From Candidatus Altimarinota bacterium (GTDB taxonomy: Bacteria > Patescibacteriota > Gracilibacteria > UBA4473), in NCBI GenBank assembly GCA_020631075.1, contig JAHDHX010000007.1:3192-67191 (forward strand): 64,000 nt of DNA. The letters are read 5' to 3'. The translations under genes and the position numbers were made by a program. The first letter of the stretch is position 1. Each line of letters opens with the position of its first letter. The notes under the pieces were generated by a model. It was not told where the DNA came from. It worked only from the letters and a program-made list of their open reading frames with translations, and made no database searches. Positions 42,797-52,483 of this stretch are shown piece after piece.

Positions 42797-45721
42797 TTAC
42801 ACTCTGTTTTCCGCCTCTGCACCGCCGCCCCCCGTGTCAGGCTTTGCTTCTGGCTCCACCACCACCCGATTCACCCGCGTCCGCAGCGCATTGGTCAGCT
42901 CCAGCACCACGTTTTCCAGCTTCTCCACCGTCATCTCGGCGGCTTTTTCCGCGGCCTCTTTGTGGGCCTCTGTTCGCTCTGCCTGCACTTTTTTATCCAC
43001 CGTTTCCTCGGGCAGCCCCACGTCCCCCAGCAGCCCTCGCACCCGCTTTTCTACCGCATCGGCCGCCAGTGCCGCATACCGCTGCGTCAGCTTCGCTCGC
43101 TTTTGTTTGGCCAGAGCCTCTGGCGTGGGGTCGCTTCGGGTCAGGTCAGTTATGTGCTCGTCATAGTCACGCTGCAGCAGGATGTGATTCGCCCCCTCCT
43201 CGTGCTTGTCTTTCTTGGTGATGTACTTCTGGTCTATCCCATACGCCTCGATTTTATATTTCCCCACCGCTCGGCTAATCATCGGCACGAGAAAATTTTT
43301 GAGTACCTTTTTCCGCACCCCCTCCTGACTCACTCCGTTCAGGTCCGTCCGACTGCTGAGCACCTGGCTAAACCGCGACACGGTCGGCAGCGGTCGCCCC
43401 GCCATTCCGTCCAGCAGCGCCTTGACCACTTGGGTGTCAGGGTTGGCCTCGTCTTGCTCGCTCATGGCCTGCAATTTTCGCCTGGCCTGCGCTACATTGG
43501 TCACTGGGGTCTGCGTGTCTTGGTCTACGTCTTCGACCAGTCTTTTGACTATCCGCTGCACATACGCAGGGCTGACACCCTGCTCCTCCGCTACTTCGCG
43601 TAGCGTCTCGACCAGCGCTATCAGTCCGTCCAGCTGGCCTTTCATTTCTTCCTGAAATTCAGGCGGGAAGGTCGACAGCTGCGTCTCCCCCAGTAGCAAC
43701 CACGGTTTGACGTTCTCTGGTGTCACCCCTTTCCGCAGCAGGGGCGGCAGCTGCTGGTGGAAATGCTCAAAAAATATCTGCTCCACCTGCGGCACCTCTT
43801 CCCCGAGGAGTATCCGCTGATACGTCAGCTGGATCGGCAAATATCGTTGATTTTCCCCGATCTTAAACGGGATAAACTCTTTCGCCACCTGCGCGGCAAA
43901 TTTCTCCCGCAGCTTCGCCGCATACTCCGCATCAAAGGTCACCCCCCGCAGCTGGCACTGCTGTTCATACGCCTGCACCATTTCCACCGCCAGTAAGCCA
44001 AAATACGCCTGACTCACCACCCCAAACGCATTCCCCGACGCCGTCGCCTTCGCCACATACTCATACGGCTTGTGGTTTTTTAGTCCCGTATACAGCAATG
44101 ACGACACGTCTTTTGGCGTGTACGCTATTCCCATAGTTTTCAGGATTTCCTCCAGCCCCACCTTGTCATCGGGCGAGAAATGCTGGGCCATTTCCTGCGC
44201 CTGCAGCACATTTTCATTCTGGATCTGAAACTCAATCCCCTCCCGAAAATTATCCGTGTACACTATCCACGAGCTTTGCCCCACCTTCGTCGTTTTCACC
44301 TTCACTTTATACCCCCGCTGCCGCAGCTGCTCCGCCCCTTTTTCGGCAAACTCACGCGGGTCAGCCGCGCCTGTTTTCCCCATTTTTTCTATCCCCAGCG
44401 TCGTCCGTTTCAGGTCCTCCACCAGCACCTTCGTCAGCTCGTTGAGGTCATAATCCACCTCAAACACCTCCCCAAACTCAGCCGTCTTGTTGCGCTTCTC
44501 ACGGAGGTACTTACCCACCCGCACCGAATTCTTCAGGATCTTATCCACGATCCGATCCAGCGACTTCGGCGGCGCCTTTTTGACTGATTTAATCCCAAAA
44601 CTGCTCTTCCCCAACCGCACGTTGAGCTGCGCATCACTGCGGTTGATTTCATCCAGATCAATATTTTGCCCCCCCGCGTTCAGCACCCCCAGCACATCCG
44701 TGACAAACTTCGCACTGTCTTGGTCTTCGGCCACCCGCTTTTCCATGCTCAAGGCAATGTTGTACGCATTCGCCACCTGCATCAGCGGGCAGGCCCCCAC
44801 TCCTTTATATTTCTTCGGGTCATCCTGCCCCTTCAGCAACCGAAATATCGCCAAGATTTTATCCTTCTCTATTGCATTCGCATTGACTACGCGTCCCTTT
44901 TCGTCGATCACCTCTTCACTCCCGAGGTCGGCTATTTGCTGACGGAGCGACAGTGGCAGCACTGACGGCTCATTTTTCAGGTTCTCCGTTAGGTACCGCA
45001 CCGCGTGGGTCAGGCACCGTTTCACCAGCGCCCGCTCATCCGCGTTGTACGCCTTTTTGACCAAACTTTTCACCTTAATGTTCAAAAAGTTCTCGATCCG
45101 ATCTTTTAAGTATTCATCCAGTTCTTGTCCTTCACGCTCCGTGCGGATAGCCCCCAGTGCAAACGGCGTAATGATTTCCCCCGCCGTCGGGTGCTTGACC
45201 GTCCCTTCATCCAGCAGTCGCTCCCCCTCGGGCTGGTTGCTTCCTTTCAGCAGTGGGTTCCGTCGCTGGTTTTTGACCACCCGCAGCATAAAAAACGCCA
45301 CGTCCTCCACCCGATACACTTGCGCCATCTCAGGGTGCTCCGTGATGAATTCCTCCGCCGCCACCACAAAGTTCTCCGGCAAGTACACCTTCGCCTCTGG
45401 CACAAACGCTGGCAAGGCGTCCACATCGCTGTCTGGCCCAGGGGCAGCCGCATTGTCACTCTCCGTCCCGAGGTCTTCCTTCAGCTGGGTCATGTACTGG
45501 TTTTCCCAGTTCCGACGTTGCGCTTCACGGTCAGCCGCACGCATGGCCTGCACCTCAGGGGTGTACATATTCACCGCCGTGCCATAGTGCGCCGCCATCT
45601 CGTCGACCATCTGTTCATACTTTTTCAGCTGCATAAATACCGCTTGTACTTCCTCTGGCGGCATTGCGTGCAGTGCCACGGTTTCGGTTGTCTCGGGCTG
45701 GTTCAGGTTTTCTTGGGGCAT
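42797..45721 (-). CDS. hypothetical 974-aa protein
   Basis: Uninterrupted ORF with backbone composition. No confident domain. The segment ..VKTTKVGQSSWIVYTDNFREGIEFQIQNENVLQAQEMAQH.. vaguely recalls the EiQiRT..mh.waE..H block of RelA/SpoT-type nucleotidyltransferases (unverified). Confidence 0.7.
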   Translation of the reverse strand: MPQENLNQPETTETVALHAMPPEEVQAVFMQLKKYEQMVDEMAAHYGTAVNMYTPEVQAMRAADREAQRRNWENQYMTQLKEDLGTESDNAAAPGPDSDVDALPAFVPEAKVYLPENFVVAAEEFITEHPEMAQVYRVEDVAFFMLRVVKNQRRNPLLKGSNQPEGERLLDEGTVKHPTAGEIITPFALGAIRTEREGQELDEYLKDRIENFLNIKVKSLVKKAYNADERALVKRCLTHAVRYLTENLKNEPSVLPLSLRQQIADLGSEEVIDEKGRVVNANAIEKDKILAIFRLLKGQDDPKKYKGVGACPLMQVANAYNIALSMEKRVAEDQDSAKFVTDVLGVLNAGGQNIDLDEINRSDAQLNVRLGKSSFGIKSVKKAPPKSLDRIVDKILKNSVRVGKYLREKRNKTAEFGEVFEVDYDLNELTKVLVEDLKRTTLGIEKMGKTGAADPREFAEKGAEQLRQRGYKVKVKTTKVGQSSWIVYTDNFREGIEFQIQNENVLQAQEMAQHFSPDDKVGLEEILKTMGIAYTPKDVSSLLYTGLKNHKPYEYVAKATASGNAFGVVSQAYFGLLAVEMVQAYEQQCQLRGVTFDAEYAAKLREKFAAQVAKEFIPFKIGENQRYLPIQLTYQRILLGEEVPQVEQIFFEHFHQQLPPLLRKGVTPENVKPWLLLGETQLSTFPPEFQEEMKGQLDGLIALVETLREVAEEQGVSPAYVQRIVKRLVEDVDQDTQTPVTNVAQARRKLQAMSEQDEANPDTQVVKALLDGMAGRPLPTVSRFSQVLSSRTDLNGVSQEGVRKKVLKNFLVPMISRAVGKYKIEAYGIDQKYITKKDKHEEGANHILLQRDYDEHITDLTRSDPTPEALAKQKRAKLTQRYAALAADAVEKRVRGLLGDVGLPEETVDKKVQAERTEAHKEAAEKAAEMTVEKLENVVLELTNALRTRVNRVVVEPEAKPDTGGGGAEAENRV

Positions 45722-45976
45722 GGGCGTGGGGTGGTTTGGGGGTGGGTCGTCTCACTTCTGTCTGGGGGGCAACCGCAGCGCAGTTAACTCATATATTAAG
45801 CCGCCTACTGCAGACTCCCCCCTGTTTTCTACTCTTTACGAGCCACCCTACTCCCTCAGCGCACTTTTTTGAGGGTTTAGTCCTGACCCGCTCATTATGT
45901 TACTCTAAATTGTCCCAAGTCATTAGTCCAACGCATCTGCTGCTTTTTTTGTGACCATCCCTGCTACTCCCAGTGC

Positions 45977-46558
45977 ATGAATACTTGCCACACCACCCAC
46001 CCCCCCGACCGTTCACTCTCGGGCCTGCAGCCCGCCTTTCGCGCCGCCGTCACCCAGCTGCTCGCCCTCCACCCAGACGCCGCCGTGCACGAAGCCCACC
46101 GCACCGACGCCCGCCAGGCCTGCGTGCGGGCCGCTGGCAGCAGCTGGGTCACACGGTCCCTGCATCAGGACGGCTGGGCCGTTGACATCCACTTCCGCAC
46201 CGCGCCCCACTTCCCCCCACGGTCAGACCCCCGCTGGGGTCGGCTCATCGCCACGGCCGCCCGCCTCGGCATCGACAACGGCTACACCCTCTGGGGCACC
46301 GACACCAACCACTTCCAAGCCAGCCCCGCCCTGCGCCAGGGCCGCTGGCGCCCCGTGGCATTGCCTGCCCCCACCCCAGACCCCAGCACCTCTTCCCCCA
46401 CACTCACTCCCGCCTGCCGCACCGCCTTACAATCCCAACTCGACCTCCACTCCGCCCTCTGGCACGACCTCCGCCAGTCAGAGTCCTCCCTCGCCCAAGT
46501 CCGCCAGCAGCTCCATCAGGGCAACGAAGCCCTGCGCACTCTCCTCAAGACCAAATAA
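45977..46558 (+). CDS. M15-family (VanY/CwlK-like) D-Ala-D-Ala or L-Ala-D-Glu peptidase
   Basis: Zn-ligand pattern: ..HEAHRTDARQ.., ..SLHQDGWAVDIHF.., ..GTDTNHFQ... Confidence 0.7.
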   Translation: MNTCHTTHPPDRSLSGLQPAFRAAVTQLLALHPDAAVHEAHRTDARQACVRAAGSSWVTRSLHQDGWAVDIHFRTAPHFPPRSDPRWGRLIATAARLGIDNGYTLWGTDTNHFQASPALRQGRWRPVALPAPTPDPSTSSPTLTPACRTALQSQLDLHSALWHDLRQSESSLAQVRQQLHQGNEALRTLLKTK

Positions 46559-46617
46559 TAATTAGTTTGCACAAATTATTTACTCAAGAATAAATAAAAT
46601 GCTCTAGATCATCTTTT

Positions 46618-47850
46618 GTGATCAAAAATAGCCCCCCGTATCTTTGCCCCCCGTTCCCCTGTGCGTATCATCCCCCCGTGACCTCCCACACCCACACTAC
46701 TTTCGCATTTTGGGCTCGGCGCGCGCTGGGCGCGGTGTCGGTGCTGGGGTTGTTGGTTGTGCTGGGGGCGAGCGTGTCGGTGGTGCGGGCCCAGCTCCCG
46801 GGCTTGTTTACGGTGCTGTCCTATCAGCGCGGGTCAGACCTCGGCCTCATTGACCAAGTCTGCAACGCCTCCCTCGACTACGTCCTCCTCGACGACCTCC
46901 CCGACCCCACCGACCTCGCCGCCCAGGCGCAGCTCACCGACGCCTTCTTTAATTTCTTCCACCACGCCCACCTGTCAGATGACTCCGCCGCCGAGTTCGT
47001 TTATAATTCCCAGCTCGAGTCCCGTGTCCGCGACAGCCTCCTCAAACGCGCCAGTCTGGAGGAAGTTCGCACCGCCTACATAAACCGCCAAGACGCCATC
47101 CTCAATAATGCCCTCGCAGGCATGATCCAACACGCCAACGCCACCGCCGTCGACCAGCTGACCGCCGTCGTCGGGGGCAGCCCCGCCCAAGCGGCTGACG
47201 TCTGCACCCGCAACCCCGAGCTCGAGGTCGGCCAAGCCCTCCCCGACGCCGACGCCCGCCAGTCCGAAGCCACCGCCAGCCAGCTCCTGCCGGGCCTCAC
47301 TGACCCCAACCGCTTGTCCTTGCGCCCGCTCTACCTCCGCACTGGCAGCTACACCACTGACCTCGCCGAGCTCCGCCAAACCCACCTCCCCACCAACCGC
47401 CCCTCCAGCCGCGACCTCTGTTTCTCTGACACCTACCCCGAGCTCGCCCTCCCCCACAGCCTCTGCTGGGTCACCGTGCTGATGACCGCCGAGCACTGCG
47501 CCTACGACGCCTTCCTCTGGGCCAAAGCGCAAGACGAAGCTGGCCAAGCCGCCACCTTGTCCGAGGCCGTAAACCCCTCCACCACCGCCACGCGGGCCGA
47601 TGACCGCTTCACCAACGTCCGCACCCAGCTCGCCGTGCTCGACCGCGAACGCATAGACGCCGAACTCGCCCTGCGCACCGCGCTCGAGTCCTTCGCCCAA
47701 CTGTCAGAGACCTACCGCCTCCACGCCGCCCGCATGGCGTCAGTGGCTGCGTCCCAGCAACTCACCCAGACCATCGACCAGCTCAATGAACGTCAAACCA
47801 CCTGGCCCGCCGAGCTCGTCCACGCCACCATGCCCAATTGCCCCAACTGA
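46618..47850 (+). CDS. hypothetical secreted protein 1 of 3 (start uncertain: GTG 46618 or GTG 46678)
   Basis: Signal-like segment ALGAVSVLGLLVVLGASVSVVRA. Ala/Leu/Asp/Thr-rich with no motif. The next gene follows after 7 nt. Confidence 0.55.
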   Translation: MIKNSPPYLCPPFPCAYHPPVTSHTHTTFAFWARRALGAVSVLGLLVVLGASVSVVRAQLPGLFTVLSYQRGSDLGLIDQVCNASLDYVLLDDLPDPTDLAAQAQLTDAFFNFFHHAHLSDDSAAEFVYNSQLESRVRDSLLKRASLEEVRTAYINRQDAILNNALAGMIQHANATAVDQLTAVVGGSPAQAADVCTRNPELEVGQALPDADARQSEATASQLLPGLTDPNRLSLRPLYLRTGSYTTDLAELRQTHLPTNRPSSRDLCFSDTYPELALPHSLCWVTVLMTAEHCAYDAFLWAKAQDEAGQAATLSEAVNPSTTATRADDRFTNVRTQLAVLDRERIDAELALRTALESFAQLSETYRLHAARMASVAASQQLTQTIDQLNERQTTWPAELVHATMPNCPN

Positions 47851-47857
47851 CCCCCCC

Positions 47858-49570
47858 ATGCCTCTCCTTTCACCTCGGTCACGTTGGGGTCTGCGCAGTG
47901 CACTCTCGCTGGGCGGCTTAGCCACTCTCGCGGCCCTGTGGCTCAGCACCTCACCCGTGCTGGCTGACACCGACACAGCCGCAGGCTCAGACCCAAGCAC
48001 CAGCCCCCCGCCTCGCGCCCTCGACCACCTGCGCACCACGCCCTACGCCACCTTGGGCACTGGCACCTACGAGTACGAATCCAACCAAAACCAACCCCAC
48101 CTCCGCCCCCGCACCTCCCTCAGCGACCTCGACGGCCTCTACCGCCAGATCCATCTTTCCGCCACCGCACTCAGTCAGGTCGAATCCGACCGCCTCACTG
48201 ACCTCCTCACGCCCTACGCCGCCCACATCGCCGAAACCCACCGCCTGCTGCCCCCCGCGGCGCAGGCCGCCGTGTCGGCCGCCGCGGCCGACTACCGTCA
48301 GGCCATCACCCGCGGCACCGTCCGCACCCCGTCGCAGCTCGCCACCGACGACTTCCACGTCCGCTGGTGCGAACGGCTCTACGTCCGCCAGTTTTTGCCC
48401 GACCCCACCACCCCGTCAGGCAGCGACAGTTCCTCCCCCGAGCCCACCGACCGCCTCCAGCCCACCGACTTCCGGCTCGGGTGCCTCCTCGGCTCGGGCT
48501 ACCCCCCCGACCTGCAGGTCATCGCCGACGACATCCAGCAGGCGCTCTCCAGCGTCCCCCCTGTTACCGACTTCACACCCCAGACACTATTTAGTGGCCT
48601 TAGCGGCCGCCAGTGGTCACAGGCGCTCACCCAAGGCAACGTCGCCCAACAGATCGACCTCACCCAAGCCCTTGAATCGCTCGAGTCCCGCACCATCGCA
48701 CTCGAGCAGTGGCGCCGCCGTCTGGAGGCCTCCAGCACCCTCGCCCTCCACCACCACACGGGGGACATCACCACCAGTGGGGTCGACCACGTCCGCTCCC
48801 AGTTAATGCTCCAGCACGCCCTCTTCGGTGACCGCGCCCAGTCGCACCAGCCCACCTTTGCGAATCTCGACCAACCCACCCCGCCCCCCACCCAGGTAAT
48901 TGACCCCACCACCGAGGCCTGGCAACGGCAGGGCCACCACCGCGAAGGCGAACCCCTCCCACAGGGTTCCACGCTGGAGCCCGTCAGTCAGTCACTCGCC
49001 GACGCGCTGATGACCAACGTCGGCCTCATGCGTGACCTGCAGCAGTCAGTGGCCAGCCATTGCATCCCTTCGCAATACTTCCGCAGCACCTACACCACTC
49101 AGGGCCCCAAAGGCACCGATTGCTTCGCCCCCGACAGCACCACCGAGGTCGCCGCCAGCGCCGCCCCCGACCCCGAGGCCGACACCCGCCCCAGCCGCAC
49201 CCCCGCCGCCGACTATCTCACCCTGGTGTCAGACCTGCTCGCCTCCGCCCAGTGCGTCCCCAGCACCCAGTCCACCCGCAACGCCCAGTCATTTAGCATC
49301 GGTTCTACGCCCGCCTTCACGGCGGAGCCCTCCGCCCAGGTCACCGGCAACGTCTCCGCCTACGCCGACTGCGTCGCCCAGGCCCGCTTCCAGTTCTCAC
49401 AGTCATTGTCCGACACCGACCTCCTCACCCGCCTCACGCCCCAGCTCCAGCATCAGGTCGCCCAGCTCACCGCCGCCCAACAGTCCCTGCAACTGACCGC
49501 CTCCGTGTCGGACCTCAGCCACCGCTACGCGGAAGTCCTCCAGTGCCTCGCCGCCAAACCCCAGCTCTAA
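47858..49570 (+). CDS. hypothetical secreted protein 2 of 3
   Basis: Signal peptide MPLLSPRSRWGLRSALSLGGLATLAALWLSTSPVLA. Pro/Thr/Ser/Gln-rich with no motif. Confidence 0.55.
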   Translation: MPLLSPRSRWGLRSALSLGGLATLAALWLSTSPVLADTDTAAGSDPSTSPPPRALDHLRTTPYATLGTGTYEYESNQNQPHLRPRTSLSDLDGLYRQIHLSATALSQVESDRLTDLLTPYAAHIAETHRLLPPAAQAAVSAAAADYRQAITRGTVRTPSQLATDDFHVRWCERLYVRQFLPDPTTPSGSDSSSPEPTDRLQPTDFRLGCLLGSGYPPDLQVIADDIQQALSSVPPVTDFTPQTLFSGLSGRQWSQALTQGNVAQQIDLTQALESLESRTIALEQWRRRLEASSTLALHHHTGDITTSGVDHVRSQLMLQHALFGDRAQSHQPTFANLDQPTPPPTQVIDPTTEAWQRQGHHREGEPLPQGSTLEPVSQSLADALMTNVGLMRDLQQSVASHCIPSQYFRSTYTTQGPKGTDCFAPDSTTEVAASAAPDPEADTRPSRTPAADYLTLVSDLLASAQCVPSTQSTRNAQSFSIGSTPAFTAEPSAQVTGNVSAYADCVAQARFQFSQSLSDTDLLTRLTPQLQHQVAQLTAAQQSLQLTASVSDLSHRYAEVLQCLAAKPQL

Positions 49571-49575
49571 CCCCC

Positions 49576-50289
49576 ATGACTGCTTTCTCTCGCCCCACTC
49601 GTCTGTTTGCGCTCGGCCTGCTGGCCAGCACGCTGGTCACGCTGGGGGTGGCTTCGGGCAGCTGGCTGCTGCGGGCCACTCGGGCCGTCTCCCCCACGCC
49701 GGAGCTCGCCCAGCAGGTCATCGGCCAGCACCAGCTCATGCTCCGCCCGCAGTCTGACTACACCTTCGACACCCCCACTGGGCAGCAGTGCGCCCAGCTC
49801 CTGGCCGACGGCCTCATCGACACCCCCGCCGCCCTGCGTTGCCGCCTGGCCGAGTGTCAGGCCCTCGACGGCACCGAAGGCTTCACGGGCCTCGTCACCC
49901 ACCTCTGCGCCCTGTTGCACCAGCAACACGACCGCTGGTCTGACGTCACCGACACCCTGTCCCTACTCACCGCCTCTACGCCCGACGGCGGCCGCGACAC
50001 CGCCGACACCATCTTCGAGCGCCAAATCATCGAAAACGCCCGCAACGGCTTCCAGTACACCATCGCCCGCCAGGCCGAACGCGAGCGCGAGCTCCTCACC
50101 GACATGCTCACCCGCGAGCGAATTATCATCCAGCAGGAGCGCCTCTTCCGCGGCTCCCCCGACGGCACCATTGACGAGTTCGAGCTCCACCATCTCAGCC
50201 AAGCCATCGACCATTTCCGCTCCTCGCTCGACTCCAGTCAGACCATCTGCAACGCCCAAAAGGACAGCGTGACCTGTCAGGGCTTATAG
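49576..50289 (+). CDS. hypothetical secreted protein 3 of 3
   Basis: Signal-anchor MTAFSRPTRLFALGLLASTLVTLGVASGSWLL. It has several Cys and starts 5 nt after the preceding stop. Confidence 0.55.
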   Translation: MTAFSRPTRLFALGLLASTLVTLGVASGSWLLRATRAVSPTPELAQQVIGQHQLMLRPQSDYTFDTPTGQQCAQLLADGLIDTPAALRCRLAECQALDGTEGFTGLVTHLCALLHQQHDRWSDVTDTLSLLTASTPDGGRDTADTIFERQIIENARNGFQYTIARQAERERELLTDMLTRERIIIQQERLFRGSPDGTIDEFELHHLSQAIDHFRSSLDSSQTICNAQKDSVTCQGL

Positions 50290-50297
50290 CTCCTTTT

Positions 50298-50367
50298 TAG
50301 GGAGTGTTCACAGATTAGTTTGAGGCGAAGAAAGCGAGATTTTTGGCGAAAATAGCCCCCCCCCCTA
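50298..50367. mobile_element. MITE family A, internally deleted copy
   Basis: TA-GGGAGTGTTCACAGATTAGTTTGAGGCGAAGAAAGCGAGATTTTTGGCGAAAATAGC aligns with 8452-8512. The copy then jumps to the terminal ..CCCC-TA. The terminal CTA (50365-67) is the TAG stop of the minus-strand gene. Confidence 0.55.
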
Positions 50368-50874
50368 CCCAAAGAAATACTCCCACAGTCCCACGCCCCC
50401 CGCGGTCAACCCCGCCACCACCAGTCCGCTGATCGCCACCCCCAGCACGATGAGCCCCACCGCCAGCGGCCGCTTTATTCCGAAGAGATACGCCACCAGC
50501 GCCCCCGTCCAACCCCCACTCCCAGGGAGGGGGATAGCCACCAGCACCACCAGCGCAATGTCCCCCCAGATTTGCAGTTTTTTTGAGTGCTCTGCTCGCG
50601 TCTTGGCAAATATCTTTTCCACCAGTTTATCTATCCAGTCTGCGTGCTGCCGAAACCACTCCACCAGCGGCGGCGCGATGTACACCATCGAAGCCGCCAC
50701 CAGCCCATTCCCGACAATCGCCGACACCGTCGCCAGCCACAGTGGAAGGTCATAGAGCGCATACCCCAGCGGCAGCCCCGCCCGCAGCTCCACAAACGGC
50801 AGCATTGAGAAGAGCCCCGTAAACAGGCTCCCTTCCAGCCACAGGTCGAGTCCAGTCCAGCCAGGGGTGATCAT
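50365..50874 (-). CDS. small multidrug export-like membrane protein (COG2426 / Sm_multidrug_ex type)
   Basis: ..MLPFVELRAGLPLGYAL..AIVGNGLVAA.. plus 4-5 TM helices. The start was chosen at MITPGW. Confidence 0.6.
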   Translation of the reverse strand: MITPGWTGLDLWLEGSLFTGLFSMLPFVELRAGLPLGYALYDLPLWLATVSAIVGNGLVAASMVYIAPPLVEWFRQHADWIDKLVEKIFAKTRAEHSKKLQIWGDIALVVLVAIPLPGSGGWTGALVAYLFGIKRPLAVGLIVLGVAISGLVVAGLTAGGVGLWEYFFG

Positions 50875-50967
50875 TTGCTTGAGGGGTTTTGAAGGGAAGG
50901 TACACACGCCCCGTCACACAGGGCAGCGCCACGCTGCGGTTAGCAGCAGGGCAGAGATTTTTTTAGC

Positions 50968-51957
50968 TTATTGCGTCGACATCCAACGGGCTATCTGCGC
51001 CGAAGTCGGGTTGAGCACCCGCGCACTGACCGTGCCATCTTTTTCTATGTAGGCCGCCCGCGAGTGCTCCTCCACCCCCAGCTCCGCGCGCAGGGTGGCT
51101 TGTTGGGTGAAGTCCGCCTGCAGCACCACCGTGCCCGCTGGCCAGCGAAAGAAATCCCCCTGCATCTCGGTCGTCCACGCCTGTGACGTCGGCACCCAGT
51201 CCGCCCCGAAATACACCACAAACGGCCGCTCCCCCTTCAGCGCCGCATACAGCGCTGGCTCATACCGAAGGAACTGCGGCTTCGTTTCCCCCACCGCCGC
51301 TTGGGTCTTGGCTTGGTTGGGACTGTTGCTGGTCGGGGCAGGGTCTGGCGCGGCCGCGGGCGTGCCACTGGGGCGGGGCCCCGTGGGCTTTGGCTCCACG
51401 GTTTCCCCCGCCAGCGTCACGGGGACTATCAGTTCATCCACCAGCAGCAGTTGCCCGTTGGTCAGCGGCGTGTCCACCACGGTCGCGGGGGCCCCATTGA
51501 CCAGCAGTCCGTCCCCCGCTCGCTCCAGTCGGACATACTTCCCATTGGCGGTCTTCACCCGCCGCATCTGCACTATCGCTTCCAGGTCAACGATTTCAGG
51601 CACGAGGTGGCTCCGCAGCACATCTTTCAGCTTCCGCTCATTCAGGAGTAAATCCTGCAAGTTTTCGCCCCCCAGCGCGTTCCACGCGCGGTTGCGCGGC
51701 CCCACCAGCGTGAAGGGCCCCTCCGTGCGCAGCAACGGCTCCAACCGCGAGGTTTTCAGCGCCGCCCCCAGCAGCTGCAGCTGCGGGTCACGGTCAACGG
51801 CCCCGACCAGGTCCAGGTCTTGGCTGACCGTCAGGGTGGGGGAGTCACCCGCCTCACCGCCCGCCGTGTCACCGCCCCAGCACGCCGACAGCCCCACCGT
51901 CAGCAGTGTCAGCAACGTCATTCGCCCCAGCGTTTTCATTTGGTCAGTGCGCATCAC
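50968..51957 (-). CDS. lipoprotein with a fasciclin (FAS1) domain and a thioredoxin-like C-terminal domain lacking CxxC
   Basis: It has a lipobox LSAC, a FAS1 pattern (..GPFTLVGPRNRAWNAL....VNGAPATVVDTPLTNGQLLLVDELIVP) and a C-terminal ..FVVYFGADWVPTSQAW... Confidence 0.7.
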   Translation of the reverse strand: MMRTDQMKTLGRMTLLTLLTVGLSACWGGDTAGGEAGDSPTLTVSQDLDLVGAVDRDPQLQLLGAALKTSRLEPLLRTEGPFTLVGPRNRAWNALGGENLQDLLLNERKLKDVLRSHLVPEIVDLEAIVQMRRVKTANGKYVRLERAGDGLLVNGAPATVVDTPLTNGQLLLVDELIVPVTLAGETVEPKPTGPRPSGTPAAAPDPAPTSNSPNQAKTQAAVGETKPQFLRYEPALYAALKGERPFVVYFGADWVPTSQAWTTEMQGDFFRWPAGTVVLQADFTQQATLRAELGVEEHSRAAYIEKDGTVSARVLNPTSAQIARWMSTQ

Positions 51958-52039
51958 CCACAGTGGTTATTTCACCCCTTGTCTACCCACTTTCCCCGCT
52001 GGGGGCAAACCCGACCAGCGATTTCCCACGCACTTCTTA

Positions 52040-52483
52040 AATTCTTCAAGACGACAGGTTGTCTGGCTGCAGACATCCGAGCGAGTCGCTCTGTCTGTGA
52101 TAATTTTAGACTCGTGAGGAAGGAGGAGCGGTGAGCGAAGCAGCAGGGAGCGGCAGCGACCCGCGCGCAGCTTACCCAGCGACGACCCCCCAGTGGTTTT
52201 GGTACTTTTGCTGTCAAAAGTACAAACACTGTCTGAAAATGAACCAGTAAGGATAATGAGAAAGAACAATAGCGAATGCGACGCCAGCGAGCCGTCCGAC
52301 CAGCGGGAGGACAAACCGCGGCGACAGCATTCAAGATGCCTAAATGCAGATGCAGACATCCGAGCGAGTCGCTCTGCCTGTGAAAATTTCAGACTCGTGA
52401 GGAAAGAGCAGCGGTGAGAGAGCCAGTCGGGAGCGGTGAGCGACCCACGGCGAAATCACCCAGCTGCGACAGCGTAGTGATTT
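52040..52483 (+). repeat. array 2 of the X-Y-Z/H modular repeats
   Basis: Unit 2a spans 52040-52185 (X tail + Y1 + Z). The H module spans 52186-52270 (hairpin 52202-52223). Unit 2b spans 52271-52470, plus a Z3-tail fragment AGCGTAGTGATTT reaching the trmD stop. The array fills the whole trmD / fasciclin-gene gap. Confidence 0.85.
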
